Source of the DNA: Lama guanicoe
Taxonomy: Eukaryota
Reading direction: 5' to 3'
Assembly: GCA_013239625.1 (NCBI GenBank)
Contig: MU053881.1
Coordinates: forward strand, 11,855,957-11,919,956
DNA length: 64,000 nt
Within the stretch, counting starts at the first letter, position 1; each line of letters begins with the position of its first letter. The translations under genes and the position numbers were made by a program. This document shows, piece by piece, positions 39,625-53,130 of this stretch. The notes beneath the pieces are model-generated. The model had not been told where the DNA came from and did no database searches. It saw only the letters and a list, made by a program, of their open reading frames with translations.

Positions 39625-41452
39625 ACTCTGAACAACTACATGGAAACAACTTGGACAACCCAGAAGAAATGGACAAGCTTCTGGAAATGTAGTCCACCAA
39701 GACTGAATCAAGAAGAAATTGACCATTTTAACAGATCCATCACTAGAAATGAAATTTAATTAGCAATAAAAAAAAAACTCCCTGCAAACAAAAGTCCAGC
39801 ACCGGATGGCTTCACTGGGGAATTCTACCAAACATACAAAGAACTCATATTAGTCCTTCTCAAACTCTTCCAAAAGATTGAAAAGGAGGGAGTACTCCCA
39901 AACTGATCACCCTGATACCAAAACCAGACAAAAACACTACCAAAAAACAAAACTACAGGCCAATATCACTGATGAACATAGGTGCGAAAATCCTCAACAG
40001 AGGAATAGCAAACAGAATTCAATAGCAAATAAAAAAGATCATACACCATGATCAAGTTGGATTCATCCCAGGGACACAAGGGTGGTTCAACATATGCAAA
40101 TCAATCAATGTAATAAAAGAGAAAGGACAAAAACCACATGATCAACTCAACAGATGCAGAAAAAGCATTTGGTAAAATCCAGCACCCATTTATGATTAAA
40201 AACCCTTACCAAAATGGGTACAGAAGGAACATACCTCAACATAATAAAAGCTATTTATGACAAACGCACAGTCCGCATAATACTCAACAGTGAAAAACTG
40301 AAAGCCTTCCCACTAAAATCTGGAACGAGACAAGGATGCCCACTCTCACCACTTCTTTTCAACATGGACTTGGAACTCCTTGCCACAGCCATCAGGCAAG
40401 AGAAAGAGATGATCGGGATCTAAATTGGAAGAGAAGAGGTAAAATTGTCACTATATGCAGATGACATGATACTATATATATAGAAAACCATAAAGGTTCC
40501 ACACAAAAACTACTAGAGCTGATAAAAGAATTCAGTGAGGTAGCAGGATACAAGATCAACACACAAAAATCAGTTGCATTTCTTTACACTAACAATGAAT
40601 TAGCAAGAAAAGAAACTCCTTTTTAAAACTGCATCCAAAAAATAAAATACTTATTACAAAGTCTGACCAAGGAGGTGAAAGACATATATGGAGAACTACA
40701 AAACAGTGATTAAGAAAATTAAACATGATTTAAAGAAATGGAAAGATATCCCATGCTCTTGCATTTGAAGAATCAGTATCGTTAAAATGGACATACTGCC
40801 CAAGGCAATCTACAGATGTAATGTGACCCCTATCAAATTACCCAGGACATTTTTCACAGAACTAGCACAAATAATCCTCAAATTTAAATGGAATCACAAA
40901 AAACCCAGAATTGACATAGCAATACTGAAGAAAAAGAACAAAACTGGAGGAAGAACCCTCCCAGACTTCAGACAATACTACAGAGCTACAGTAATCAGAA
41001 CAGCATGTTATTGGCATAAAAACAGACACATGGATCAATGGAACAGAGTAGAGAGTGCAGAAACAAACCCACAGTCCTATGGTCAATTAATCTTCAACAA
41101 GGGAGGCCAGAATATACAGTGTACAAAAGACAGTCTCTACAGTGAGTGGTGTTGGGAAAACTGGACAGCAGCATATCAGTTAACGTAGAACACTCCCTCA
41201 CTCCAGACACAAAAATAAACTCAAAATTGCTTTAAGACTTAAATATAAGACAAGACATGATAAAACAGCCAAAACATTTTCTGACATAAATCTTACAGTG
41301 TTCTCCTAGGGCAGTCTACCCAGGCAATAGAAATAAGAGCAAAAACAAACAAATGGGACCTAATTAAACTTACAAGCTTTTGCACATGGAAGGAAACCAC
41401 ATGCAAAACAAAACAACAACCTACGGAATGGGAGAAAATATTTGAAAATGAT
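39625..41452 (+). mobile_element. Internal L1 ORF2 fragment (RT domain), truncated at both ends
   Basis: ORFs 40214-40423 ([24 protein letters not shown]) and 40787-41188 (LPKAIYR...LPDFRQYY); YADD at 40454-40465; no 3' UTR or poly(A). Confidence 0.95.
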
Positions 41453-44400
41453 ACAGTCTGCCACCCCTCCTTCGTGTCTGCCATGTGATTCACTTTCATT
41501 TGCACTCATTCACTCACTCATTCATTCAACAAACAGGTTATTATGTTGATTTGACTAAGGGCACTTGTACTACCAAGTCTGATCTCATAGGATTGAGTTT
41601 CATAGGGAAGAAACAGAATGTTAGAGTACAACTATTAATTAAAGAAAATGAATGTCATTGATTTACAATAATAAAATATGTATTCATATATACATGTATA
41701 CATTGTACACACATGTACAAAGGCTAACCCCAGAAAGAGGAGTTAGTTTATATCACTCCATAGTTAAGAATTAATAACTCAATGCTTTTGAAATTTTAGA
41801 ATTGTCACTTCTTATCCTGTCACCTTTAGGTTATATGAAATATTAGGGGCAATGCTCATTGGTCAGCATCTCTGGCTTTTGAAACTACCTATTAAGGATT
41901 GGTATTTTCTTCAAAGTGTGGGCATGATTCAGACAGCCTTCTGTCATCTGCTGGCTAGTGCTCACCATTAATTCCTATCAAAATAATGTTATGTTTTCAG
42001 CACATGACTGGGTACCAAGACTGTTGCTGAGCTGCTGAAAAGGAAACAGGACATCTTGGATGGAACAGTGTGTCAGCAACAGCTGCTCAAACCTAATATG
42101 GAGAATCTGTTGGTTAGGCAAGTAGCAGAAAGGAGCATTTATCAAGAGCATTTATGGAGGGGGAGTAGGAACTCATGGGAGAGAGTAGTGTTTTATTGAT
42201 CTGTGAGAAGTTTATTTTTTCCATTCTGCAATGTTAAAGCAATCAATTTCTTAAATAAAGCAAAAGTACCAGTATCGATAATCCCAATGATGGTTTAAGT
42301 TTTCAAGGACAACAAAGGTATCATATTGATGTTATAATAACCAGGCTTGATTGTGTTTGTCACATTCAGTGGTGTGTTTTGATCGCTAGAATTAATCCCT
42401 CACTGTGAAAAAGATGTTTTCAAGATGTCTGGTTTAGGGCTGGTGAATTAGAAGGATATAAAGGACTTTTTTTATTTCATCCTCCCTTGGTTATAAAAGA
42501 CATTTTGTGATCACAGAAAGTCAAGAAAGGAAAAATGGAATCATAAAAGTAACTGAGCATTTTCCAAAACAAATAAAACCCCAGAGAACTGACCACTTTT
42601 AATCTATGTTATGTAACAGTTCCAAAAATTGAACATTTATGAATGGTTCAGTTCATCATAAACAGTTGCTTATGACAGTTATAATACTTATTTAAAATAT
42701 CATGGGAGGCAGTTCAAGACGGTGGTGTAGGAAGATCCTGAACTCACCTCCTACCACAGAAACGACAAATCTCTAACATGAAATAATTCTCTCTGAAAAA
42801 GACCTGAAAACTAGCTGAACCACTCCACAAGAGAGCATGAAGATCCACATGAAAGGATGAAAGTGCAGAAGAGGCAGAGACACGGCCTCAGCAAACATCC
42901 CACTCACAGCCAAGAGGGAGCTCAGAAATATAGGGTGTTTCCCTGAGGAGCGAAGGGTTTGTGCCCCGTATTAGGCACCTTACCCTTGCGACCTGTATCG
43001 GAGAGATGAGCCCCCCAAATGTCTGGCTTTGAGAACTGAAGGGGCTTAGATCAAGGAGAACCACAGGTCTATAGGGAATGGAGGGAGATCCCTCTCTTAA
43101 CAGGCTTGCATACACGCTCACCCTGGGAACCAGTGCAAAAGCAACAGTTTGAAAAGTGCGTAGACCATACATGAAGGAGATTCATTTACTAATCTTAAAA
43201 CCTCTGCCAGAAGAGAAGGAGTCTGTTGGACTTCTGCCAGGGTATGAAGGTGCTAGTGGGCATTATTGTTATTATTACATTATTATTGCCCTCTCCCTCT
43301 ATCTTGGTAGCACCTGCCCTGGAAAGTGCCATCTTTGTACTCTCCCTCAGACATGCTAGTGGCAATGGGTGTGCACTCCTCCTGTACTCCCACTGAAGCT
43401 GGAAAGCCTGTTCAGCCCACACAGGGGCTATACCCTCATGTACCTGGCTCTGGTCACCAACAGTAATTGTGTTTCTGGCCCCCATAAACTTGAAAGAATC
43501 AGAGAGACAATTCTTGGCAGGCTACCACACCCAGAGCACTGCACAAGTGGCAGGCTGAAACACATGCATCGTCTCCCTGTGAAAAGGCCTATTTCCTTGT
43601 CCTGATGGATGGGCTTCAGGTTGACCACACATGTAGAGGGTACAGAAATGCTCCCAGAGAACGCAGGCTGGGAGATGCCATCTTTGCAGTCTTTCTTGGC
43701 CTCACTTGAGATCACCAGTACCTCTTAGAAAGGAGCACATACACTCATGTGGAGCCCTGATATTTTCAAATGTTGCTTAGGGGACACCTCCAGATTGCCT
43801 GATCTGGAGGTCAGCAGGGTCTACAATTGTGGTCCCTAAGGACTGTATACACTTGCATACCTGAAGCTGCTGCCTGAGGGTTTAGCTTCTAATCAGCATG
43901 AACTAATTGTCTTTCCCTCAGCAAAGTCACAGGTCTTGGCACTTGCTCAACAACTGAGACCTATCAATAATAAAATCAAGCTGCTAATACTATCACAAAG
44001 GTTTGAGAGGCAAACAAGAGCTAGGGCAAGGTTATACAGTATAAGGTTCATCTCCTACAAAAGGCCACTCCTTCAAGAATGGGGGTGAGAGAGCTGTTTG
44101 CCTAGTATATAGAAATGGAGTCAAACAATGAGGAGACAGAGGAATATGTTCCAAGTAAAAGAATAAAATAAAACTCCAGGAAAAAATCTTAATGAACCAG
44201 AGATAAGTAATTTACATGATAAAGAGTTCAAAATAAGACAAAGATGCTTACCCAACTGGGCAGAAGAATGGATGAACACAGTGAGAAACTTCAACAAAGA
44301 TAGAAAATGTAAGAAAGTACCAAAAAGAAGTCACAGAGCTGAAGAATGCAGTAACTAAACTGAAAACTACACTAGAGGGATTCAGCAGAACAACATACTA

Positions 44401-45943
44401 ATGATCTGGAAGACAGGGCAATGGAATTCACCCAAAAAGAGCAACTAAAAGAAGAAACAACTTTAAAAAGTGAAGCTAGATTAAGGACTCATGGGACAAC
44501 ATCAAGCAGAATAACATTCACATTATAGAGGTCCCAGAAGGAAAAGAGAGAAAGGAGCAGATTATTTTAAGAATAATGGCTGAAAACTTCCCTAACCTGG
44601 GAAGAAAACAGACATCCAGATACAGGAAACCCAGAGAGCTCCAAAAAACATCAACCCAAAGAGACTCACATGAAGACACATTATAAATAAAATGTCAGAA
44701 GTTAAAGAGACAACCTTAAAGGCAATAAGAGAAACACAACTTGTTATGTACAAGGGAACCACCACAAGATTATATGCAGATTTCTCATCAGAAACTTGGT
44801 AGCCCACAAGGGAGTGGCATGACACATTCAAAGTGTTCAAAGTCGAAAACTTTCAACTAAGAATATGCCACCTAGCAAGGTTATCATTCAGAATTAAAGG
44901 AGAGAGAGACTTCCAGGAAAACAAAAGCTAAAGAAGTACATTATGACTAAATTGGTCTTACAAAAAATGTTAAAGGGACTTCTTTAAGCTGAAAAGAAAG
45001 GGTACTAATTTGTAAGAAGGAAACCTATAAATGTAAAACTCTCACTTCTAAAGGTAAATATATATAGTAAGAGTAGTGGCTTAATTACAAAACTAGTATA
45101 AAGGTTAAAATTAAAATAACTATAACATCAATAATTAGTTAAGGATACACAAAATGTGCCATCAAAACAAAATGTGGTGGGGGCAGTAAAAAATGTGGAG
45201 TTTTAGAATCCATTCAAACTTAGCTTGCTATCAACTTAAAATAGACTGTAATGTATGTAGGATGTTATATTAGAGCCTCACGGTAACCACAAAGCAAAAA
45301 CCTGTAGATGCCCCCCAAATTATGAGAGGAATCTAAGCATAACATGTAGAAAGTCAATCAAACCACAAGGGAAGAAAGAGAAAAGAAACAGAGGGAAATG
45401 ATAATATAGCCATAAAACAAATAACAAAATGGCAATAAATACATACCTATTAATAATTACTTTAAATAGATTAAATTCTCCAATCAAAAGACACAGAGTG
45501 GCTGAATGGTTGGGAAAAAAAATACAAGAACACTCTATATGCTGCCTGTAAGAGATTCACTTCAGATGTAAGGATACACACAGACTGAGTGAAAGGATGG
45601 AGGAAGATCTTTAACGTAAATGGAAACCTAAAGAAAGCTGAATAACTATACTTACATCAGACAAAATCTACTTTCCAAAAATTGTAAAGAAACACAAATT
45701 ACCTAAAGACAAAGGGTCCATCTAGCAAGAAAATGTAACATTTGTAAATACTTATGCATCTGACATAGAAGCCCCTAAATACATAAAGCAAACATTAACA
45801 GACCTAAAGGGAAAAATTGAGAGCAATACAGTAATAGTAGGGGACTTCAGTACCCTCTTGTATCAATGGACAGATCATCCAGACAGAAAATGAGTAAGGA
45901 CACATTGGCCTAAAGTGACACAGGCCAAGGGGAATAATAGATA

Positions 45944-46898
45944 CAGAGACGGTTCCCCACTTATGATTTTTTGATGTTACAACTGTGCAAATGTGGTAAT
46001 ACACATTCAGTAGAAACTTTACGTCACATTTTGAATTTTGATCTTTTCCCTGGCTAGCACTAAGTGGAACAATACTCTCATGAATCTGAGCAGCTGCGGG
46101 GAGCTGCAGCTCCCAGTGAGTCATGTGACCAGGAGGGTTAACAACTGATACACTTACAACCACCCTGTATCCATAGAGTAGTTCCCTCTTGTCTGTGGGG
46201 TGATACACTCCAGGCTCCTCAACAGATGCCTGAAACATCAGATACATACATATCTATGATAAAGTTTCACTTATAAATTAAGGACAGTAAGAGAATATCT
46301 GAATTGCCAGCATTGCTATTCTTGTGCTTTGGTACCATTATTAAGTAAAATAAGGGTTACTTGAATAAAAGCGCTGTGATAGTTTGACAGTCCATCTGAT
46401 AACTAAGATGGCTACTAATTGCTTAATGGGCAGAGACTATATAATAGAGCATGGATACGCTGGGTAAAGGGATGATTCACATCCCGGGGGGATAGTGGGA
46501 TGGTGTGAGATTTCATCACACACTCAGAACAGTACATGATTTAAAACTTCTAATTGTTTCTTGCTGGAATTTTCCAAGGAATATTTTCAGACCATGGTTG
46601 ACCAAGGGTATCTGAAATCACAGAAAAGCAAAACTGCAGGTAAGGGGGCTACTGTAGAACCATTCTGTTTTTCACTTTCACTACACTAGTCAGTAAATTA
46701 TATGCAATATTCAAAACTTACTTCATAATAGTCTTCATGTTTGATGATTTTTCTCAACCCATAGGCTAATGTATGTTTTGAGTTAAGGTAGGCTACACTA
46801 TATGATGTTCAGTTGGTTGAATATATTAAATGCATCTTTGACTTAGTGGTATTTTCAACTTATGGGACATAACCCCATTGTAACTTGAGGAAGATCTG
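45944..46898 (-). mobile_element. Tigger5/MER47-like TcMar DNA transposon
   Basis: TA on both flanks; ends 'cagagacggttccccacttatga' and 'cattgtaacttgaggaagatctg'; internal 'gaaccattctgtttttcactttca', 'ttaaggtaggcta'. Confidence 0.8.
46176..46654 (-). mobile_element. MER44 (Tigger7 family) nested in the Tigger5/MER47-like element
   Basis: TA on both flanks; TIRs 'gagtagttccctcttgtctgtgg' and 'ctgcaggtaagggggctactg'; 'cattattaagtaaaataagggttacttgaa', 'aaagggatgattcacatcccgg'. Confidence 0.85.
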
Positions 46899-47200
46899 TA
46901 TATAGAACTTTCCATCCAAAAGCAGAATACACATTTTTCTTAAGTACACATGGAATATCCTCCAAGATACAGCATATGTTATGCCATAAAATAAGTCTCA
47001 ATAAACTTAAGACTGAAATCATATCCACCATCTTTTCTAATTACAATGGCATGAAACTAGAAATCAATTACAAGAAGAAAACTGGAACAATCACAAATAT
47101 GTGGAGATTAAATAACATGCTACTGAACAATCAATCAGTGGGTCAATGAAGTAGAAATCAAAGCAGAAATGAAAAAATACCTTGAGACAAAATGGAAATA

Positions 47201-47339
47201 CAGTTGTCCCTTGGCCTCCATGGGGGATTGATTCCAGGACTTCACATGTATATCAAAGTCAATGCTCAATAAAATAATGTAGTATAGTAAGCCCTCCATA
47301 TCCATGGATGCATAATCCATAGAAATGAAGGGCCAAATG
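47201..47339. mobile_element. Short MER2/Tigger2-like MITE inside L1 ORF2
   Basis: TA flanks; imperfect TIRs 'cagttgtcccttggcctccatgg' and 'ccatagaaatgaagggccaaatg'; 'ggggattgattccaggac'. Confidence 0.75.
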
Positions 47340-50300
47340 TACAGAATACTAAAATGTGTGGGATGCAGCAAATTCAGTGCTAAGAGGGAAGTTTATAGTG
47401 ATACAGGCCTACCTCAAGAAACAAGAAAAATCTCAAATGAACAATCTAAAATTACATCTAAAGGAACTAGAAAAAAAGATCAAAGTTAGTAAAAGGAAGG
47501 AAACTATAAAGACCAGAAAATAAATCAATAAAATAGAAACTAAAAAGACAATAGAAAAAGATCAATGAAACTAAGAACTGGGTCTTGAAAAGATAAACAA
47601 ATCTGACAAACTTTTAGCTAGACTCACTAAGAAAGAAAGAAAGGGCTAAAGTAAAACCAGAAATGAATGAAAGGAAGTTACAACTGATACCAAAGAAATA
47701 CAAAGGATCATAAGAGACTACTGTGAGCAATTACAAGACAACAAATTGGACATCCTAGATGAAATGGATAAATTCCTAGACAAACACTATCTTCTAAGAC
47801 TGATTCATGAAGAAATAGAAAAATCTTAATACACCAGAGCCCAGAAATAAACCCATACATATATAGTTAATTTTCAATAAAGGTGGCAAGAATATACATT
47901 GGGGAAAGGGCAACCTCTTCAAATAATGGTGCTGGGAAACTGGACAGTCAAATGCCAAAGAATAAAACTGGACCACTATCTTCCATATGTATTGCCATAC
48001 CCAGAGATTAACTCAAAATGGGTTACAGATTTGAACATAAGTCCTGAAACCATAAAATTCCTTGAAGAAAACAGGTGGTTACGTCCTTCACATTCATCTT
48101 GGCAATGTTTGTTTTTTTGTGATCTGACTTTACAGGCAAGGGCAACAAAAGCAAAAATAAATGGGACTACATCAAAGTTAGAAGGTTTTGCACAGTGAAG
48201 AAAACCATCAACAAAAAGGCAAACTTCTGAATGGAAGAAGACATTTGTAAGTCATATATCAGGTAAGGGGTTAATGTCCAAAGTACAGAGTCTACAACTC
48301 AATAATAAAACACAGACACTGATTAAAAAGTGAGCAGAGGATCTGAATAGACACTTTTTTCAAAGAAGACTTAAAGATGTCCATCAGGCGTAGAAAAGAT
48401 GCTCAACATCACAAGTCAGGGAAACACAAATAAAAATCATAATGAATTGTTACCTCACAAAGGGAGTATCACTTTCACAAAAAATACAAATGCTGAATCA
48501 TTGTGTTGTACGTCTGAAATACAATGTATGTCAGTTCAATAAAAAATATGTGTACCATCCATACACATTATATTTTTGATGGTCATAAGATTTTCCTATC
48601 AGAGATCGCGCTGTAGTGAGCTACCTACTACCAATTCCCATTCTATTCCTGCTTCTCAAGTTAACAAGCCCACCCCCCACTGTGTCTTCTGCCAAATTAA
48701 GAATACAGTTATAGATAAATAGGAGGTGATACATTGATACAAGATTCTATTTTACTCACAAGCAGACACATGTCATGCTGATTAAAAGTTTCTAACTCTA
48801 GTCAACTCACAGCACAGTTTTGGTGGTCTGTGTTCCACTTTTTATTCAGTTCCTGGATACAGAGGGAAAAAACCCATAAATCTGACCCCAAGATTAGTCC
48901 TCTTTCTCCTTTTATTTCATTTTTACTTTCAGAGTAAAGATAGTATTAAAAATAACTGATTATATGAAACTCTGAAAGTTCAAGAGGTATGTGATTATAA
49001 ATTCTAATCATTTTATTATTTAAAAAAAAAGAGCCAGGATACCTATATATACTGGTTCAGATAAGAACCAAATAAACCTATTAAAATGTAAAAGGAAAAA
49101 TAATTCAATGTATTTTTCAAATCAGTTATAAATCATAAGTGAAAGAAAATTGTTTTAAATACTGAGAAATTAACATGACTATCTTTCCTGATTATAAAGT
49201 ATGGACAGCAATTTAAGAAATTCCAGAATTAAGAAAAACTTAGCTTGTATAAATCTTTAGTGAACAAGCCCACATAAATTCAAATGCTTATTTAAGCATC
49301 ATTTTTTTTTTTTAATGAAATGCATCTTCAAAAACATCCTCCGTGATGGGTGTTACTGAAAGGGCAGTAGCATTCAGAATGCCCTTAGGGAGTAGTGGAA
49401 TCCCTCATAGGAGAATTTTGCCAGCATCTTTTCAAGATGGTGTCCTAAGAAAAGAGATGAAACAGATTTTACACTTTAGAGGGTGCTGTGTGATGATACA
49501 TTTAACACCTTGCTCAATGAAATTTTACTTGCAAAAGCAATTTATTTTCAGTGAAGATACCACATACTTTTCTGTAATGCCCTGTCAAACAACTGTAAAA
49601 TTAGTTAATTAAATGTTGTTTAATGATAAAAGAAAAATGTGCAGGTGATTCACCCCTTAGAAGCACAGTGCTTGAGTATTATTAGGGAAAGCACTGAAGG
49701 ATGAGATGTAATGATGGTGACAAGCATGGTGGTTAAGGGCCTGAAGACAGAGAAGCAGAGATTGTGTGTATGTTGTGAATTAAACTACAGAGAAAGGAAG
49801 AGGAGACCAAAATACAATTTTAGGAAGACTGTCATATGAAGCAGTATGTAAAATTTCTACAACATCCCTTTAAGGAAAATTATCAGTAAAATTTCAAAAT
49901 ATTCTTCAAGAATTCTGGAGGAGCTGTGATCTTACTGATTACGTTAAAGAGCAAAAGGGAGGACTCATGATGGCTTAGAAATATTTGCCTTGTGTTTTGA
50001 ACATCGTAGCCTGTGAGGTTTGAACTTTGACAGAGATTAACTGTTTGTATAACAAATCACACCTTAGAAAACCATCACTAGCCAGTGAGGTGTGGAGATC
50101 CAACTGAGATCAGAGGTGTGTGAAGAATGATGTGTAACTGATGTTTAGTTTAAGACTGGGACCATATCCAATTAAATGACTGTAAAATGGAAACAACCAA
50201 ACAGAACTTCCTGGTGAAATTACTAGCCAATTTAATGAGCTTCAATAAACAGTTTCTCAAAAAGAGTTCCTTCCAAATTGGAGAAATTAAAAATATCTAC

Positions 50301-50347
50301 TTTACTTTATTAGTACTTTAAGGGATGATGGAAACATTCTCTAATAG

Positions 50348-50510
50348 TGTTGCAGAATCTGACCAGACCTGTCATCCTGTTTGCTCTTCCTGGGCACACA
50401 GGAAGAGTGACTGCATTTCCCAGCCTTCTCTGTGATTAAGGGGGAACTGTGACTAGTTTTCATTAATAGAATATGAGCAGACGTGAGTGTCTGTCATATG
50501 TGGGCCAAAT
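50348..50510 (+). mobile_element. MaLR LTR 5' fragment (MLT1H-J-like)
   Basis: 'ctgcatttcccagccttctctgtgattaagg...tgtgactagtttt...aatagaatatgagcagacgtga'. Confidence 0.65.
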
Positions 50511-52624
50511 CGACACAAGGGGAAAATGCATTGATGGTGGCTGTTTTCATTTGTGTGATTTCTTTTGAGAAAGACCTTTTAAATAAAATGGCCTTGGTTA
50601 AAAGAGAGGGTGAGAGGATGCTGAATTTTCTGAGTTCTAAAATTGTCATTCAAAGACATCTTTGCCATTTTCTCTGCTAGATAGTTTTTTTTTATAATGC
50701 TTCAATAATAGTTTACAAAAATTAAGCTTAAGCAAGATAACTGTATGTGAAGTCATTTTAAGCTGAGTAGATGACTAGCATCATGGTCCACTAATCTGAT
50801 TCAGTAAAGCAATACAGATAATTGATCAGATAGTTACCTAGGGTCTTCTGTTCTACAATGAAGCGTTTTTGGTCCTGTCACCATACATCTACAATTCACT
50901 TGCCTCTCTGCCCTGAAGTTTGTTAGATTGGGCTCAATCCTGAAGGGTAACTGAAGCCCATGACTGCTACCAAAGAGATGCTAATTGTGTCGTAGCCATC
51001 ATTTTTATAGGTTATCATCACCTGCAACACCTCACAGCTGGTAACTGTTAACCATGGAATACATATTATGACTATCTTTTAACAAATAAACTTGATCCCT
51101 CCTGAAGCTTTCTTCTTCCACACTGTGTGTTTAACTGCATGGCACTTAAGACTTGTCTTTGCCTCACTCCATGGCAGTGAGTGCTGCCTCTGGATAAGAT
51201 CCTGGACCAACACAAATTAACCTTCAACGTGTGGAAGAGTATTTTACATAGCATGCAGATCCTTTATTCTGAAAAAATTAGTTTAAAGCATTTTAAGGGT
51301 ACTAGACAAAATTAAAATTCAAAATGCATATTGAAATACTCAAAACTTTTATAGCCCTGGTGACTTAGGTTGTTAGATATGCAAAGGAATTTTTCTGTAC
51401 TTTTTTTTTTTCATATGTCATTAATTGGTGTTTTTTTCCACAGAACTGTCTTCCTCTGGAGTCACCACCTGCAGTAACTTATTATAGATTCCTTGGTTCC
51501 ATTATTCATGTTTGTGCTTCTGCATCTAGGTACCACCCTACTGTCATCCACTTTATGCAACACATGGTGCTTAGAACTTGCTATCATCAAATGTTACAAA
51601 ATAAAATAGGTATCCCATGCGTCTGAAGTTAATACAATTGGCAAGTATATAACATACGTCAGAGAATTCTAACTTCTCAAACTCAGTATAGCTGGCAGTT
51701 TAGAAATTCAATAGTTGTTAATAAATTATGGAAATATTAAAACTACTTAAAGCGTTTGTGGTGTAGAAAAGTTAATCCTTTAAATATAAAGCTGACTGGT
51801 AACAGCTAATACTGTCATTAGTGTGCTTTATGAAAATAATTCCCATTGTAAAGGCCTGGAAGTACTACAAAAGCTTACTGAATACATACTCTTTGTTAAC
51901 CAGATTATCTAGCATATTTTTTGGAGTCGCATCAAGTGTATGTATTTACCAAATCTTTTCAAAGCATGTTTTGGGAAGCTTAGCTATTTCCAAATCCACC
52001 TTTAGAAAATGTCTACATATTTGATAATACAAGTTAAATTCAATCCTTTAAAATAGTTTCATTTTTCTCTCATACAATGGATTCTAAATACATTAAAACC
52101 TGGAAGTAAACTTGGTACTTGTGAGCAAAGTTTCCTGTAAGATTTTTGTGTTCTCCATCCAAATAAATTTAATCATAAACATTTCAGATAAATCTTATTA
52201 TAGAATGGCATCTTGTAATTATACCCAAGTATGAACCTTAAAGAGAGTTCTGTAGAGATGCTCCATTGACCTACATTCTAACGAAATCACAAAGGGCTGA
52301 TATCTCATGGTAACAGATTATATTGACATGCTTATAATGACAAATACTCATTTAACTGCAGAATAGAAATGCCCATCAGATTCTCAGAAGTTCATTCAGC
52401 TTTATTATACACTATCTGATTTTTCCCCAGAATTTTGCAAGCCATGTCCTTCAAGGACTGATCCCCAGATACTTGATTCAGTAAAACAAGATAAATGTTT
52501 TAGGATTTATTCCCTTTCATCACCATAAAGAGATAAAGAATGACTTTTTTGAAAAGGAGCTTTGAGTTTTACTAAGTTGTTTGGATGAGTTGAGCACAGT
52601 ACTACAGGGGCCTGATTTTAAATA

Positions 52625-53130
52625 ATATAAAAACTAATTCAAATACATTTAATCAAAAAAGGAATTTATTGGACTCCATATCTAGGAAGTCCATGGGTAG
52701 CTGGAGCTGGCTTCACACAAGGAAGATTAAATGCTTCAAACAATGTCATCTGGCCGATTTTTTTTTCTCTGTTGGCTGTTTCCCTATATATAGGGACTTC
52801 ATTCTAGGCAGGTTTCCCCATGTGCCATTAAAGATGACAAGTGGCAGCTACAGTCTGTGATCATAAAAGAACAGAATCCCTCTTTTTTTGAATTCATCTA
52901 ACAAATCTGAGGGAACTTTTACTGACTGTCCTTATGTAATGGAATTATCATAGACCCCGTATTTGTGACCATGGGAATGGAATACACACACACACACACG
53001 ATGCAACCTGAATGCCCTGTAACCTGTGATCATTTGAGCTGAGCTGCATGAGTGACAGCTTTACCAAGGTAATAGGGAGGAGATAGTGGCATGCACCCCT
53101 AACCCCCATAGAAGAGGTGCTGGCATTTTT
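52625..53130 (-). mobile_element. Old MaLR LTR (MLT1K/L-like)
   Basis: 'aaaaaaggaatttattggactc...ggaagtccatgggtagc...cttcattctaggcaggttt...aagatgacaagtggcagc'. Confidence 0.6.

Larger units (their letters stand above)
42704..48546 (+). mobile_element. Decayed L1 with 5' UTR, ORF1, EN and C-terminal region; RT deleted; hosts Tigger-family elements
   Basis: 5' end 'gggaggcagttcaagacggtggtgtaggaagatcctgaactcacctcc'; ORF1 about 44130-45000; ORF2 start 'atggcaataaatacatac' about 45429; ends 'caataaaaaa'; possible TSD aaaatat at 42694 and 48543. Confidence 0.92.

Noticed and set aside
40214..41188. Reverse-transcriptase ORFs as a retron, DGR or other novel RT system
   Set aside because: They are ordinary LINE-1 ORF2 sequence (QGCPLSP, YADD) with stops and frameshifts, in mammalian DNA
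45804..46247. 147-aa ORF as a possible transposase
   Set aside because: It crosses L1, Tigger5 and MER44 junctions and has no HTH or DDE features
39625..47845. Idea that the RT fragment at 39.6-41.5 kb is the piece deleted from the L1 at 47830
   Set aside because: The fragment overlaps retained sequence on both sides of that deletion and is of a younger subfamily
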